Of a stretch of DNA of 31,719 nt, positions 18,855 through 28,486 are shown in pieces. The stretch lies in assembly GCA_031372065.1 (NCBI GenBank), contig JANMKN010000215.1, forward strand, positions 1-31,719, in the 5' to 3' direction. This DNA is from Abditibacteriaceae bacterium. GTDB lineage: Bacteria > Armatimonadota > Abditibacteriia > Abditibacteriales > Abditibacteriaceae. Each line of letters begins with the position of its first letter. Positions within the stretch are counted from its first letter, which is position 1. The position numbers were made by a program, and so were the translations under genes. The notes beneath the pieces are model-generated. The model did no database searches. It was not told the origin of the DNA and saw only the letters and a program-made list of their open reading frames with translations.

Positions 18855-20759
18855 TTATCGGTAAAGTGGCCCGAAGGCGGCACAGGCGCGGTAGTCGGCG
18901 CTTTGTGGTTCAAGGGCGCCGAAACGTGTCCACACGGCGGGGCGAAAAATGCGCTCAGCAGAAACGTTGTGCATATCCACCGGAATGCGCAGCATCGAAG
19001 CTAAGGTAATCAAATCGGCGCCGATATGACCGAAAGAAATCGCGCCGTGATTGGCGCCCCACGCGTTCATCACGCCGTAAACGCTTTCAAACGGGCCGTC
19101 ACCGGTTAAATTCGGCACAAACCATGTCGTCGGCCACGTCGGATTGGTGCGCTCGTCCAGCGCTTCATGCACATCATCGGGCAGTTCGATAGTGAAACCT
19201 TCGGCGATTTGCAAAACAGGGCCGAGGCCTTTGACCAAATTGAGGCGATACATCGTGACCGGCATTCCGCCGCGCGTGGTAAAATCGCTGCTCCATCCGC
19301 CGCCCGGAAAGTATTCCACGATAGACGGACACCACTTTGTCGCATCCAAACAAGCCTTTGCTTCGGCGGGCGAAATTTCCCACCACGGCTTGAGAACTGG
19401 CGTGCCCTCGTCGTTTTGCTCACCTGTCCAATCCAGCGCCGCCGGGCCGGAATTGATGAGATGCAAAAAGCCGTTTGGCGCCAGCGGCGCGTCGTTGCTG
19501 ACTTCGGCAAACGCGGCGTCTTCATCGCCCGATTCTTCGACTAACTGCATAAAACGCTCGGCGGCTTCTTCGGCGATTTGGTGCAAATCGAGTCCGGTCA
19601 CGCGTTCTACGGCTTCGGCGCTCCAATAAGTGCGCACATCGGCGAAAAGCTGCGCGCTGCCCGTCAAAAGATGGCCGAGCAGCATCGAAGCACCGTTGAG
19701 CGCATCGTTTTCCGTCGCCACCATAAAAGGCTGACGAATGCCATTCCAGTCGAAGGACGAAGTGAGAATCGCTTCCAGAAAATCGCCGTTGGGAAAGTGA
19801 TCTGTCCATTGGCGCTGGCCTTGAAAGCCTCCGGCGAGCGCGTTGTGGCCTTCGGCTTCTTCTTTGAAGCCCATTTCGGCGAGTTTCGGGTTGCCAATCA
19901 TCAAATCGCGCGCGATAAGCGCCATTTTGATGCTACTTTCCCAGTCGGCGTCTTTTTGCTGGCGCGTGCGCGCTTTTTCCTCGTTGTAATCTTTGCCTTC
20001 GGGACAGTTTTCTTTCACCCAGACTTTGGCGCGCTCGAATTCTTCTGTGTCGTAAATGCCCTTATCCATGCGGCGCACAAATTCGGTCATGTCGAGGCTT
20101 TCGACGCGCATTCCGAAGTATTCTTCAAAAAGCGGCTGATCTACAATCGAACCGGCGATGCCCATCGAAACGCCGCCCATGGCGCAATAACTGGTGCCTT
20201 TTAGGGTGGCAACGGCGATTCCAGCGCGAGCGAATTGCAGCAGTTTGGCTTGCACATCTTGGGGAATTTCTTCGTCGCCAGCATCCTGCACATCTTCGCC
20301 GTAAATGCCAAAAGCCGGAATGCCTTTTTGCGCGTGTCCCGCCAAAACCGCCGCCAAATACACCGCGCCGGGCCGTTCGGTGCCGTTGAAACCCCAAACA
20401 GCTTTGGGAATATCGGGCGTCAAATCCATCGTTTCGCTGCCGTAGCACCAGCAGGGCGTGACGGTCAACGAAACACCGACGCCTTCGCGCGCGAATTTTT
20501 CGGCGCATTTAGCGGCCTCGCTGGCGCCGCCGATGCAGGTGTCGGCGTTGACGCATTCGACAGGCAAACCGCAAGCGTGGCGCAAGTTTTCGGTGAGAAA
20601 GGCGGCGACATTTTGCGCCATGCCCATCACGGTGTCTTCGAGCGATTCACGCACGCCGCCGTAGCGACCATCAATGGTGGGACGAATACCGATTTTCGGC
20701 AAACTGCCGCGCAAGCGATGCGCTGGCGCGTTGACTTTTAAATTCGAGACGTTCGACAT
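18855..20759 (-). CDS. fucI: L-fucose (D-arabinose) isomerase
   Basis: [65 protein letters not shown] 20759 has AAGGA RBS. Confidence 0.97.
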   Translation of the reverse strand: MSNVSNLKVNAPAHRLRGSLPKIGIRPTIDGRYGGVRESLEDTVMGMAQNVAAFLTENLRHACGLPVECVNADTCIGGASEAAKCAEKFAREGVGVSLTVTPCWCYGSETMDLTPDIPKAVWGFNGTERPGAVYLAAVLAGHAQKGIPAFGIYGEDVQDAGDEEIPQDVQAKLLQFARAGIAVATLKGTSYCAMGGVSMGIAGSIVDQPLFEEYFGMRVESLDMTEFVRRMDKGIYDTEEFERAKVWVKENCPEGKDYNEEKARTRQQKDADWESSIKMALIARDLMIGNPKLAEMGFKEEAEGHNALAGGFQGQRQWTDHFPNGDFLEAILTSSFDWNGIRQPFMVATENDALNGASMLLGHLLTGSAQLFADVRTYWSAEAVERVTGLDLHQIAEEAAERFMQLVEESGDEDAAFAEVSNDAPLAPNGFLHLINSGPAALDWTGEQNDEGTPVLKPWWEISPAEAKACLDATKWCPSIVEYFPGGGWSSDFTTRGGMPVTMYRLNLVKGLGPVLQIAEGFTIELPDDVHEALDERTNPTWPTTWFVPNLTGDGPFESVYGVMNAWGANHGAISFGHIGADLITLASMLRIPVDMHNVSAERIFRPAVWTRFGALEPQSADYRACAAFGPLYR

Positions 20760-20865
20760 GAAATCCTTTCGGGGCAAGACGTTTTATGTTTTTTGAGGCG
20801 CGCTAAGTTAATAGCAAGACGGAACGTCGTTCAATGCGATTTATCTCAACCGCAGGGAATTTATT

Positions 20866-21342
20866 ATGCCTTTCGATATATCCGACTTTGAATTGTTGTT
20901 GCCACGCGCTGTGGACTGGGCACGCGAGCAGGAAAACCTAATTTTGGAAAAGGGCGTGCCACTGGATGCGTGGGAAAGCAAAGCCGCGCAGCATTTGGGC
21001 ATTTTGCAGCCCGACAAAGTGCGATTACTCAAAGTGGCGCAAATTCCCTTGCCTGCCGATGCCGATTTATGCGCCGCCGCCGTCGCCGCCGGTTTGGTGG
21101 CTGCCGATTCTGTTGGTATGGGCTTGCGTTATGGCCTTTTCATTCGCGACGATTTCTGGCGCGAACGCGAAACCGTGGCGCACGAATTGGTGCATACCAC
21201 GCAATGCGAACGCATGGGCTGGGAACTGTTTTTGCGCCAGTATTTGTCCGAATGCCTGCAATTTGGCTATCCACAGGCGCCGTTGGAGCAGGAAGCGCGC
21301 GACTTTTGCAGAAATGTCGTTAGCACCTTGGAAAAGGACTGA
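20866..21342 (+). CDS. Hypothetical HExxH zincin-like protein (DUF4157-like)
   Basis: VAHELVHTTQ and downstream PLEQEA third-ligand-like motif. Confidence 0.7.
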   Translation: MPFDISDFELLLPRAVDWAREQENLILEKGVPLDAWESKAAQHLGILQPDKVRLLKVAQIPLPADADLCAAAVAAGLVAADSVGMGLRYGLFIRDDFWRERETVAHELVHTTQCERMGWELFLRQYLSECLQFGYPQAPLEQEARDFCRNVVSTLEKD

Positions 21343-21346
21343 AATC

Positions 21347-21556
21347 ATGAACGAAAAAACCACCACACCGCCCGCCGATGGAGAAACCGACGAAGAAACC
21401 GCCAGCGATGCTTTGTCCGATACCGCGCAAAAATCAACCGTGACCGAATCCAGCGACAACGCGCCACCGATGAATTCGCCCGCGCGTGGCCCGATGAACC
21501 AAACCACACCCGATGTGGCAACCGGCAGCACACCGCTAACGCGCCGCGACGATTGA
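21347..21556 (+). CDS. Small acidic low-complexity hypothetical protein (69 aa)
   Basis: ATG 4 bp after upstream stop, AAGGA RBS; MNEKTTTPPADGETDEE...; followed by terminator. Confidence 0.6.
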   Translation: MNEKTTTPPADGETDEETASDALSDTAQKSTVTESSDNAPPMNSPARGPMNQTTPDVATGSTPLTRRDD

Positions 21557-21580
21557 GGCATCGTAAAGGTGTAGAACGAA

Positions 21581-21613
21581 AAAGCCACGGACGATTTTAT
21601 CGTCCGTGGCTTT
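21581..21613. terminator. Bidirectional intrinsic terminator
   Basis: Perfect 15-bp stem aaagccacggacgat-ttt-atcgtccgtggcttt between convergent genes. Confidence 0.85.
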
Positions 21614-21634
21614 CGCTAAGAAAGCAGTGCTGCT

Positions 21635-22606
21635 TTACAGTCCAGTGTAATTGGCTGAACTGGTGCCGCTTAACGTAAACGAACCTGTTGCCTGATTGGG
21701 TTGAAGCGGCGAAGCGGGCGCAGGCTGCATCAGCACATTGGTCAATTTCACCGTCACTTTGGTGCCGCTAATCGCGGTGATTTCGGCTGTGCCACTATGA
21801 GAAACCCACGATTTTGTAGCGGGAGCGCCTTCGGCGTAAAGCACAACACCAAAACCGGAAGTCACGTCGTTGTCGTCTGATACAGTGAAGGTGTCGCCAG
21901 CAGCAAAGGCGCTGGTTTTGCCAAGCGTATAGCTTACCACACGCAAATTGGTGGCATTGGTAGCCGCCGGAAACGAACCTTGCAGCAATCTTGTGCCATT
22001 GAAGTTCAGCACCGCGCCTACAGCGGCGATGCTGCTAAAAGAACCTGTGTTGGCATTGCTGCCCCCATTGCTAAACGTAAAAGTATCGTTGCCACCGCCG
22101 GTTCCGCCGCCCGTTGTCACATTAATGGTGCCCGTAAAATCAAATGGCTCGCCGTTAATATTGCCTGTGAAACTAAAGTTGCCTGCGCTCGCGCTGGTCG
22201 AAAGCGAACCGCTAATGGTGAAAATGCTGCTGGTGCCCGGAATGGTGCCAGTTCCTGTGAAACTGTTGCCCGTGCGCGTGCCGGTGAAATGGTAAGCGCC
22301 TATTGGTAACGTTACCAAAGCATTGCTGGTGGCAGAACTTTTCCTGAGCGCAGGCGGCGTCGTCACAACTAAAGTGCCGCTGATGGTGTTATCGCTAAAG
22401 GTTTTCAAGGCGAAAGTCCCCGTGCGGTTAGCGCCCAAATTGGCGGATGCGCCGCTGAAAGTGCCATTTTGCACCACGCCACCGCCACCAAACGGATTGG
22501 TGCCGTTACCGCCACTGCATCCCGCCACAAGAGCCGGAATGACACAGACCGCAGCTAAAGCTGCCCACTTCATTAAACTACGTTTTTTCTGCATAATGTC
22601 ATACAC
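21635..22606 (-). CDS. Gly/Thr/Ser-rich beta-strand lipoprotein of unknown function
   Basis: Lipobox LVAGC followed by SGGNG; two beta-rich regions joined by TGGGTGGG; exact start uncertain. Confidence 0.8.
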   Translation of the reverse strand: MYDIMQKKRSLMKWAALAAVCVIPALVAGCSGGNGTNPFGGGGVVQNGTFSGASANLGANRTGTFALKTFSDNTISGTLVVTTPPALRKSSATSNALVTLPIGAYHFTGTRTGNSFTGTGTIPGTSSIFTISGSLSTSASAGNFSFTGNINGEPFDFTGTINVTTGGGTGGGNDTFTFSNGGSNANTGSFSSIAAVGAVLNFNGTRLLQGSFPAATNATNLRVVSYTLGKTSAFAAGDTFTVSDDNDVTSGFGVVLYAEGAPATKSWVSHSGTAEITAISGTKVTVKLTNVLMQPAPASPLQPNQATGSFTLSGTSSANYTGL

Positions 22607-22624
22607 CTTTTTGTAATTAGCCAG

Positions 22625-22666
22625 TGAATTTGATAAGTGATTTTCACACTTATCAAGGCCAATTCA
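22625..22666. promoter_or_regulatory. Palindrome, candidate operator in divergent promoter region
   Basis: ttgataagtg-N7-cacttatcaa (22630-22656) with outer tgaatt/aattca arms. Confidence 0.4.
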
Positions 22667-22860
22667 TAGGCGATTATATCTTATTATTTTCCCATCGTGT
22701 GAGAAATTTAAAACAATCATGGCGTGACAAAACGCTTCTCGCAAAACGTGCTTTGGACCACTTAAAAAATAGCACTCGATAGCAATTGCCTATGCACTAA
22801 AAAGCAAGATGAATCGTTGACTTTGTTAAACTTTTCACAGAGTGTCAAAGGCGGAATTTT

Positions 22861-24150
22861 ATGAGCGATCTCATCTGGAAACGCACCATCGCAGCGGCGA
22901 ACCTCGGCGATATTTACGACAAAGTTTTGGCGGAAGAGCGCCTTACTTTTGATGACGGTTTGCGTCTTTATACGGCGCCGCAACTCAATGTTGTCGGCTA
23001 TCTCGCCAATTTGGTGCGCGAGCGTAAAAACGGCAACGTGGCTTATTGGGTGCGCAATCAGCACGTCAATTACACCAATGTTTGCAATAAAGGCTGCCTG
23101 TTTTGCTCGTTTTATGCACGCCCCAAAGACGACCCGCGCGCTTATGTAATGACGCCCGAAGACGCAGCGGCCAAAGTTTCCAACTACGCCGATGTGCCGA
23201 TCACCGAAATTCATGTTGTCGGCGGCGTCAATCCGAAACTGCCTTACGATTACTATCTCGATTTGCTGCGCGCCATCAAAGCGGCGCGGCCCAAAGCGCA
23301 TATCAAAGCCTTTACAATGGTGGAGATGGATCAAATTGTGCGCACCGCCAAGAAACTGAGTAAAGACGTGGACGAAGTGTTCGCCGACCTCAAAGCAGCG
23401 GGACTTGACGCCCTGCCCGGCGGCGGCGCCGAAGTGATGAGCGAGCGCGTTCACGAAGATTTATTCGCGGCCAAACCCAACGCCGAGCGCTGGCTGGAAC
23501 TGGCGCGCGACGCGCACCGCGCCGGATTAAACAGCAACGCGACTTTGCTTTACGGCCACGTTGAGCAAACGCCCGAAAAAGTCGAGCATTTTATGCGCCT
23601 CCGCGAAACGCAAGACGAAAGTTTGGCAGCGGGCGGGGGCCATTTTCTGACTTTTATTCCGCTCAGTTGGCATCCCGAAAAAACGGCTTTGGAGCATATT
23701 AAACTGCCAACGGGCGTCGAAGATTTGCGCGAAATTGCTGTTTCGCGTTTGATGCTGGATAACTTCCCGCACATCAAAAGTTTTTGGATTATGAACAGCG
23801 CGCCCGTCACGCAAACCGCTCTCTGGTATGGCGCCGACGATGTAGATGGCACCATCATGGAATATGAAATCATCCGCGACCCGGCGCGTGATCGCAAGCA
23901 GGTTTTGACCAGTCGCCAGTTAGTCGAAATGATTGTCGAAGCCGGACGCGACCCGATTGAACGCGACCCGTTTTACAATATCATTTCGCGCGGCTTCGAG
24001 GGCGTCACCAGCGTCGAAAGTCTGCTTTCGGAAACTTATGCCAATCGCGGCCACAACGCGCAAAATCTCAATATTCTCAGCAGCCAAGTGCCAACCGCCG
24101 CGCAAAAATTGAAAGATAAAGTCACGCCCGAAATGTTGGCGGTAAAATAA
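22861..24150 (+). CDS. mqnE: Aminofutalosine synthase MqnE (radical SAM, CofH/MqnC family)
   Basis: NYTNVCNKGCLFC, EIHVVGG, KAFTMVE, LPGGGAE, SNATLLYGHVE, RLMLDNFPHIKSFW, YGADDVDGT. Confidence 0.88.
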   Translation: MSDLIWKRTIAAANLGDIYDKVLAEERLTFDDGLRLYTAPQLNVVGYLANLVRERKNGNVAYWVRNQHVNYTNVCNKGCLFCSFYARPKDDPRAYVMTPEDAAAKVSNYADVPITEIHVVGGVNPKLPYDYYLDLLRAIKAARPKAHIKAFTMVEMDQIVRTAKKLSKDVDEVFADLKAAGLDALPGGGAEVMSERVHEDLFAAKPNAERWLELARDAHRAGLNSNATLLYGHVEQTPEKVEHFMRLRETQDESLAAGGGHFLTFIPLSWHPEKTALEHIKLPTGVEDLREIAVSRLMLDNFPHIKSFWIMNSAPVTQTALWYGADDVDGTIMEYEIIRDPARDRKQVLTSRQLVEMIVEAGRDPIERDPFYNIISRGFEGVTSVESLLSETYANRGHNAQNLNILSSQVPTAAQKLKDKVTPEMLAVK

Positions 24151-24162
24151 TCCTCAATCGCA

Positions 24163-24459
24163 ATGGACGACCTCAATCGTGAAGCGGGCATTTGCCCTTT
24201 TTGTGGCGCCAAAGTGGAGTCGCATTGGGCTTTGTGCGACCAATGCGGCAAGCGCTTGCCGTGGGCACCGCCCAAGAAAACCAAAAGCATCAACGAACTA
24301 ACCGACGAAGAATTGGCGGCGCGCTTCGCCGTCAACACGCATACCGGCACGCCCGGTTGGGTGACATTTCTCAAAACATGGCCCGGCAAAATCACGGTGA
24401 TGATTGTTTCATCGCTGCTGTGGGAAATTTGCAATCGCTTGTTTTTTCACTTGTATTAA
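24163..24459 (+). CDS. Zinc-ribbon membrane protein
   Basis: CPFCG...[11 protein letters not shown] plus C-terminal hydrophobic helix; stop overlaps next ATG (TAATG). Confidence 0.7.
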   Translation: MDDLNREAGICPFCGAKVESHWALCDQCGKRLPWAPPKKTKSINELTDEELAARFAVNTHTGTPGWVTFLKTWPGKITVMIVSSLLWEICNRLFFHLY

Positions 24460-24998
24460 TGACCATCAAAATCAACGACACAACTTTGCAACTCATAAAA
24501 GGCGATATTACACAGCAGAATGTGGATGCGATTGTCAACGCGGCGAATACATCGCTTTCGGCGGGCACGGGCGTGTGTGGCGCGATTTTCGAGGCGGGCG
24601 GGCGGTAAATTTTCGCCGAATGTCGCCAATATTACAAACGGTGCGCGACAGGCGAAGCGGTCATCACCGGCGGCGGAAAACTAATCGCACGCAACGTCAT
24701 TCACGCCGTCGGCCCAATTTATTCGGGCACGCCGCGCGATGGCGAATTGCTATTCCGCGCTTATCAAAACAGCTTGCGCGTCGCGGCCAAGGATAACTTA
24801 AAAAGCGTCGCGTTTCCTTCGCTGTCAACAGGCATTTATGGCTATCCATTAGACGAAGCCGCGCCTGTCGCCTTGCAAGCCGTGCGCGACTTCTTAGTGG
24901 CACAAGAACACCAACTCGATTTAGTGCGCTTTGTTTTGTGGGATGATAAATCTCTCGAAGAATTTGAAATCGCGCTTAACAAAATGCCTCTCGACTGA
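24459..24998 (+). pseudogene. Macrodomain (YmdB-like O-acetyl-ADP-ribose deacetylase) gene with in-frame TAA at 24606-24608
   Basis: [20 protein letters not shown] before the stop; TGEAVIT, VIHAVGP, AFPSLSTGIYGYP after it in the same frame. Confidence 0.88.
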
Positions 24999-25064
24999 CC
25001 ACAGACGACTATAAAGAACTCCCTGCCCTATCCAAAAAGTGCTTCCGTGGGCTTTCAGGCGACT

Positions 25065-25316
25065 TCGATAACTCCGCAGATGCCGTTTACATCTCTGCAG
25101 ATGCCATTTACATCTCCGCAGATGGCTTTTACATCTCTGCAGATGCCGTTTACATCTCCGCAGATGCCATTTACATCTCTACAGGTGGTTTTTACATCTA
25201 TGCAGCTACCTTTTATGACTATGCGGATGCTTTTTACATCTATGCAGGTGCCTTTTACATCTCTACCGATGGCATTTACATCTCTGCGGATGCTTTTTAC
25301 ATCTCTGCGGACGCCG
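25065..25316. repeat. Tandem array of 12 x 21-bp units (consensus TTTACATCTCTGCAGATGCCN)
   Basis: 11 units start every 21 bp from 25086 to 25296, plus a degenerate first unit at 25065; no indels. Confidence 0.93.
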
Positions 25317-25387
25317 TAACTTGCTATGGTTATATAAGGAAGGGCGCGGTTTCAAACGGGACTTTATCCGCGCCACAGGGAGGAATT

Positions 25388-26047
25388 ATGTCGCTTGAAC
25401 GGAAAAACAGCACACTTGAGAATCTGCACATCGCTTCACCGTGCCATGCATCATGGGACAAAATGACCGGCGATGACAAGGCGCGTTTTTGCCAGACGTG
25501 CCAAAAAAACGTCTTCAACCTTTCGATGATGACGAGAAAGGAAGCCGAAAACCTCATTCGTCAGCGCGAGGGCAATTTGTGCGTGCAATATGCGCAGCGT
25601 GAAGACGGCACGGTTATCACAAACGACTGCCCCGTGGGAATGGAAAAAGTAAAAATGGTGGCAGTTCGTCCGTGGCGCTTTTTCGTGGCGGGCGCGGCCA
25701 GCATTGTCGCCGCGCTGTGCGGCGCTTTGGGCATCACGCCCACTTTCGCACAAACGCCGACAAATCCGCCCGCGCACAGCAAAATGACCAAAGGCGATGT
25801 GGATTTAAAGGCAACCACGAAAGTTTTGCGCGGCGAACCCACCGCTATTCGCACGCCAACGCCCAAAGTTATTACAATGGGCAAACCTATGATGTCTGCA
25901 ACGCATAGCGCCCCAAAGCCCGCGCCAACACCGCCACCTATCACTTTAATGGGCGCTGTTCCGGTGCCTGCCCCTTCAAAAACCAAAGCGCCCGTTAAAC
26001 CCGTCATCAAAAAGGCGCCTGTTAAAAAGACGGCGAAAAAGCGTTAA
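25388..26047 (+). CDS. Five-Cys domain + TM + Pro/Lys-rich tail protein, copy 1
   Basis: IASPCHASWDKM..RFCQTCQKNVFNLS..LCVQ..REDGTVITNDCP; GGAGG RBS. Confidence 0.85.
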   Translation: MSLERKNSTLENLHIASPCHASWDKMTGDDKARFCQTCQKNVFNLSMMTRKEAENLIRQREGNLCVQYAQREDGTVITNDCPVGMEKVKMVAVRPWRFFVAGAASIVAALCGALGITPTFAQTPTNPPAHSKMTKGDVDLKATTKVLRGEPTAIRTPTPKVITMGKPMMSATHSAPKPAPTPPPITLMGAVPVPAPSKTKAPVKPVIKKAPVKKTAKKR

Positions 26048-26056
26048 AGGCAATTC

Positions 26057-26836
26057 ATGACCCAAACTGCCTTCGCCATTTTCGCGCATCCCGACGATAT
26101 CGAATTAGTCGCGGCGGGCACGCTGCTTTTGCTCAAACGCGCCGGATGGGACATTCATTATATGAATCTCTCGTGCGGCGATTTGGGCAGCATGACAAAC
26201 AATGCTTCCGACGCCGCGCGAATCCGTTTAGGCGAAGCGCAAAATGCCGCGCAGATTTTGGGCGCGACGTGGCACGCGCCCCTCGCGCACGATTTGGATA
26301 TTTTCTACGAACGCGAACCTTTAAAACAACTCGCCGCCATTGTGCGCGAAGTGAATCCACAGATTGTATTCACGCATTCGCCGGTGGATTACATGGAAGA
26401 TCACGTCAACACAGCGCGTTTGGTGACAACGGCGGTTTTCGGGCGCGGGATGCCGAATTTTGTCACGCAGCCGCCGATGCCACCCGTCGCGGGCCAATGC
26501 GCGCTTTATCACGCGCAGCCGCACTTAAATCGCGACCCGCTCGGCCAAATCGTGCAGCCGGAATTGTTTGTGGATGTGGGCGAAGTAATGTCGCAAAAGC
26601 GCGCGGCTTTGGCGGCGCATAAAAGTCAGAAAAGCTGGCTCGACCAAACGCAGGGCATGGATTCGTATCTGCAAACCATGCAGGATTTAATGCGCGAAGT
26701 GGGAAATATGAGCGGCCACTTTGAATACGCCGAAGGCTGGCGCCGTCATCTTTACGCCGGTTTTTGCAGCGAAAACAGCGACCCGCTTTCTGAGGTTTTA
26801 CAAGAGTTGGTGCAGAAAAATCCGCGCTACGCGTAA
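26057..26836 (+). CDS. PIG-L/LmbE family deacetylase
   Basis: AHPDD motif, HSPVDYMEDH, ALAAHKSQ, YAEG. Confidence 0.9.
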   Translation: MTQTAFAIFAHPDDIELVAAGTLLLLKRAGWDIHYMNLSCGDLGSMTNNASDAARIRLGEAQNAAQILGATWHAPLAHDLDIFYEREPLKQLAAIVREVNPQIVFTHSPVDYMEDHVNTARLVTTAVFGRGMPNFVTQPPMPPVAGQCALYHAQPHLNRDPLGQIVQPELFVDVGEVMSQKRAALAAHKSQKSWLDQTQGMDSYLQTMQDLMREVGNMSGHFEYAEGWRRHLYAGFCSENSDPLSEVLQELVQKNPRYA

Positions 26837-26845
26837 AATAACATC

Positions 26846-27778
26846 ATGCCCCGCAAACTTTCTTCTATCGCCCCCGATTGGTGGGATTACACCACACTTG
26901 ACGACGAAATCGTGCGCGATGCCGCCTCGCTCACGCCGCAAAAAATGCTGAAATTGTCGCGCCCCGGTTTTCGCGTGGTGTTTTACGATACGCTCGAAGA
27001 ATTTTACTTGGCCGAGGCGCTGGAATATGTGCAAAGCTGGCAACAATCCACGCCCGATAATCCCGTCGGCATTTGCGGCCCGATTGGGCCAACCGAGCAA
27101 TTGCCACTGGTGGCGCAAATCGTCAACGCCATGCAGTTCGATGTGAGCTTCGGCCACTTTTGGGGCATGGACGAATGGGTTTTGAACGGCGAAACCGTTC
27201 CGGCCACGCATCCGCTCAGTTTTGAAAAATGCGACCGCGAATTGTGTTTTCATCGCATCGAAAAGCGTTTGCGAATGCCCGATGAAAATTTGCATTTTCC
27301 CGCTGCGCAAACCGAAAAATACCGCCAATCGTGGCAAAACGGCGTGCGTTGCGCGCTGATGCAGGGCGGTCAGGGCGATGTCAAACATTGGGCGTTTAAC
27401 GACCCGTTACGTCGTCGGGGCAAACACAAGGACGCGCCGCCTTCGCCCGCCGAATATCGAAAACTCACCACACGCGTGGTAGATTTGCACCCGCTGACCA
27501 TTGCACAAAACGCGCGCACCAGCGGCGGCGGCAATATTGCGCTTGTGCCCACGCAAGCCGTGACAGTTGGCCCACACGAAACATGGCTGGCCGAAAAAGT
27601 GTCCATCTGGCACGCGGGCCATCACGACAACCCGTTCGGCCAACGCTTAACCACTTTAATGATCGCCAAAGGCATCGCCGACAGCGCCGTGCCGATGTCG
27701 CTTTTGGCCGAGCATCCCAATGTGCAATTCAACTTTTTTCGCGGCGGCATCGGCAATTGCGACATTTCGATGCATTAA
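26846..27778 (+). CDS. Glucosamine-6-phosphate deaminase/isomerase (NagB-like) family protein
   Basis: [46 protein letters not shown] resemble the NagB fold; divergent. Confidence 0.7.
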   Translation: MPRKLSSIAPDWWDYTTLDDEIVRDAASLTPQKMLKLSRPGFRVVFYDTLEEFYLAEALEYVQSWQQSTPDNPVGICGPIGPTEQLPLVAQIVNAMQFDVSFGHFWGMDEWVLNGETVPATHPLSFEKCDRELCFHRIEKRLRMPDENLHFPAAQTEKYRQSWQNGVRCALMQGGQGDVKHWAFNDPLRRRGKHKDAPPSPAEYRKLTTRVVDLHPLTIAQNARTSGGGNIALVPTQAVTVGPHETWLAEKVSIWHAGHHDNPFGQRLTTLMIAKGIADSAVPMSLLAEHPNVQFNFFRGGIGNCDISMH

Positions 27779-27856
27779 GGCGCGCTTAAAAATGTGACTT
27801 TATGGGCATAAAGTAATGGCGCGGCGAAATTCTATTTAGTGTCGCGCGGAGGAATT

Positions 27857-28486
27857 ATGACACTCGAACTGAAACCCAACTGGCTGGATAATTTGAACAT
27901 CGCCACGCCGTGCCGCGCCGATTGGGAGCGCATGGATTGGGAAGACGAGGAAGGCCGCGTGCGCTTTTGCCGCACTTGCGAGAAAAACGTTTACAACATC
28001 TCACTGATGAGCCGCGCCGAAGCCCTCGATTTAATTCGCGCCCAAGAAGGCCAAGTTTGCCTGCGCTTATCAAAGCGACAAGACGGCACGCTGATAACCA
28101 ACGACTGCCCTATCGGACAAAGTAAACGACAAACAAAACGGCGCTTTTTAACTGTTATTGGAGCATTTTTGGCAGCGCTTGTGCCCAGTGTATATGGTGC
28201 GGTTGTAATGTGGAAACATAACAAGCCAGCTACTTCCACCCCGGCACAAGTAAAGTCCGATGAGGTGCATCAAACATCCCTTTTAGCCTCGTCAGCAATT
28301 CCCACTCCTGCACCTTTTACCGTGCAGAATCCGCCGCCACCACCACAAAAGGTTTGGTTAGATAACGTGGAGTCAAGAGCAATTATGGGCGCCGTCGTAT
28401 CACCTACCGAAATGCAACAACATGAATTAATCAAGGGACAAAAAGCAAAGATAAAGGGGAAAAACAGTGCAAACCCAACCCAATAA
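27857..28486 (+). CDS. Five-Cys domain + TM + Pro-rich tail protein, copy 2
   Basis: IATPCRADWERM..RFCRTCEKNVYNIS..VCLR..RQDGTLITNDCP; ATG 27857 after GGAGG. Confidence 0.85.
   Translation: MTLELKPNWLDNLNIATPCRADWERMDWEDEEGRVRFCRTCEKNVYNISLMSRAEALDLIRAQEGQVCLRLSKRQDGTLITNDCPIGQSKRQTKRRFLTVIGAFLAALVPSVYGAVVMWKHNKPATSTPAQVKSDEVHQTSLLASSAIPTPAPFTVQNPPPPPQKVWLDNVESRAIMGAVVSPTEMQQHELIKGQKAKIKGKNSANPTQ

Noticed and set aside
20966..21346. 196-aa ORF extension overlapping the HExxH gene
   Set aside because: Only the part from ATG 21347, which has an RBS, is plausible.
24192..24608. 138-aa ORF and 83-aa ORF (24747-24998) as separate genes
   Set aside because: They are the two halves of the interrupted macrodomain gene; the upstream extension overlaps the zinc-ribbon gene.
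25065..25316. CRISPR array
   Set aside because: Units are contiguous 21-mers with no unique spacers, and no cas genes are in the window.
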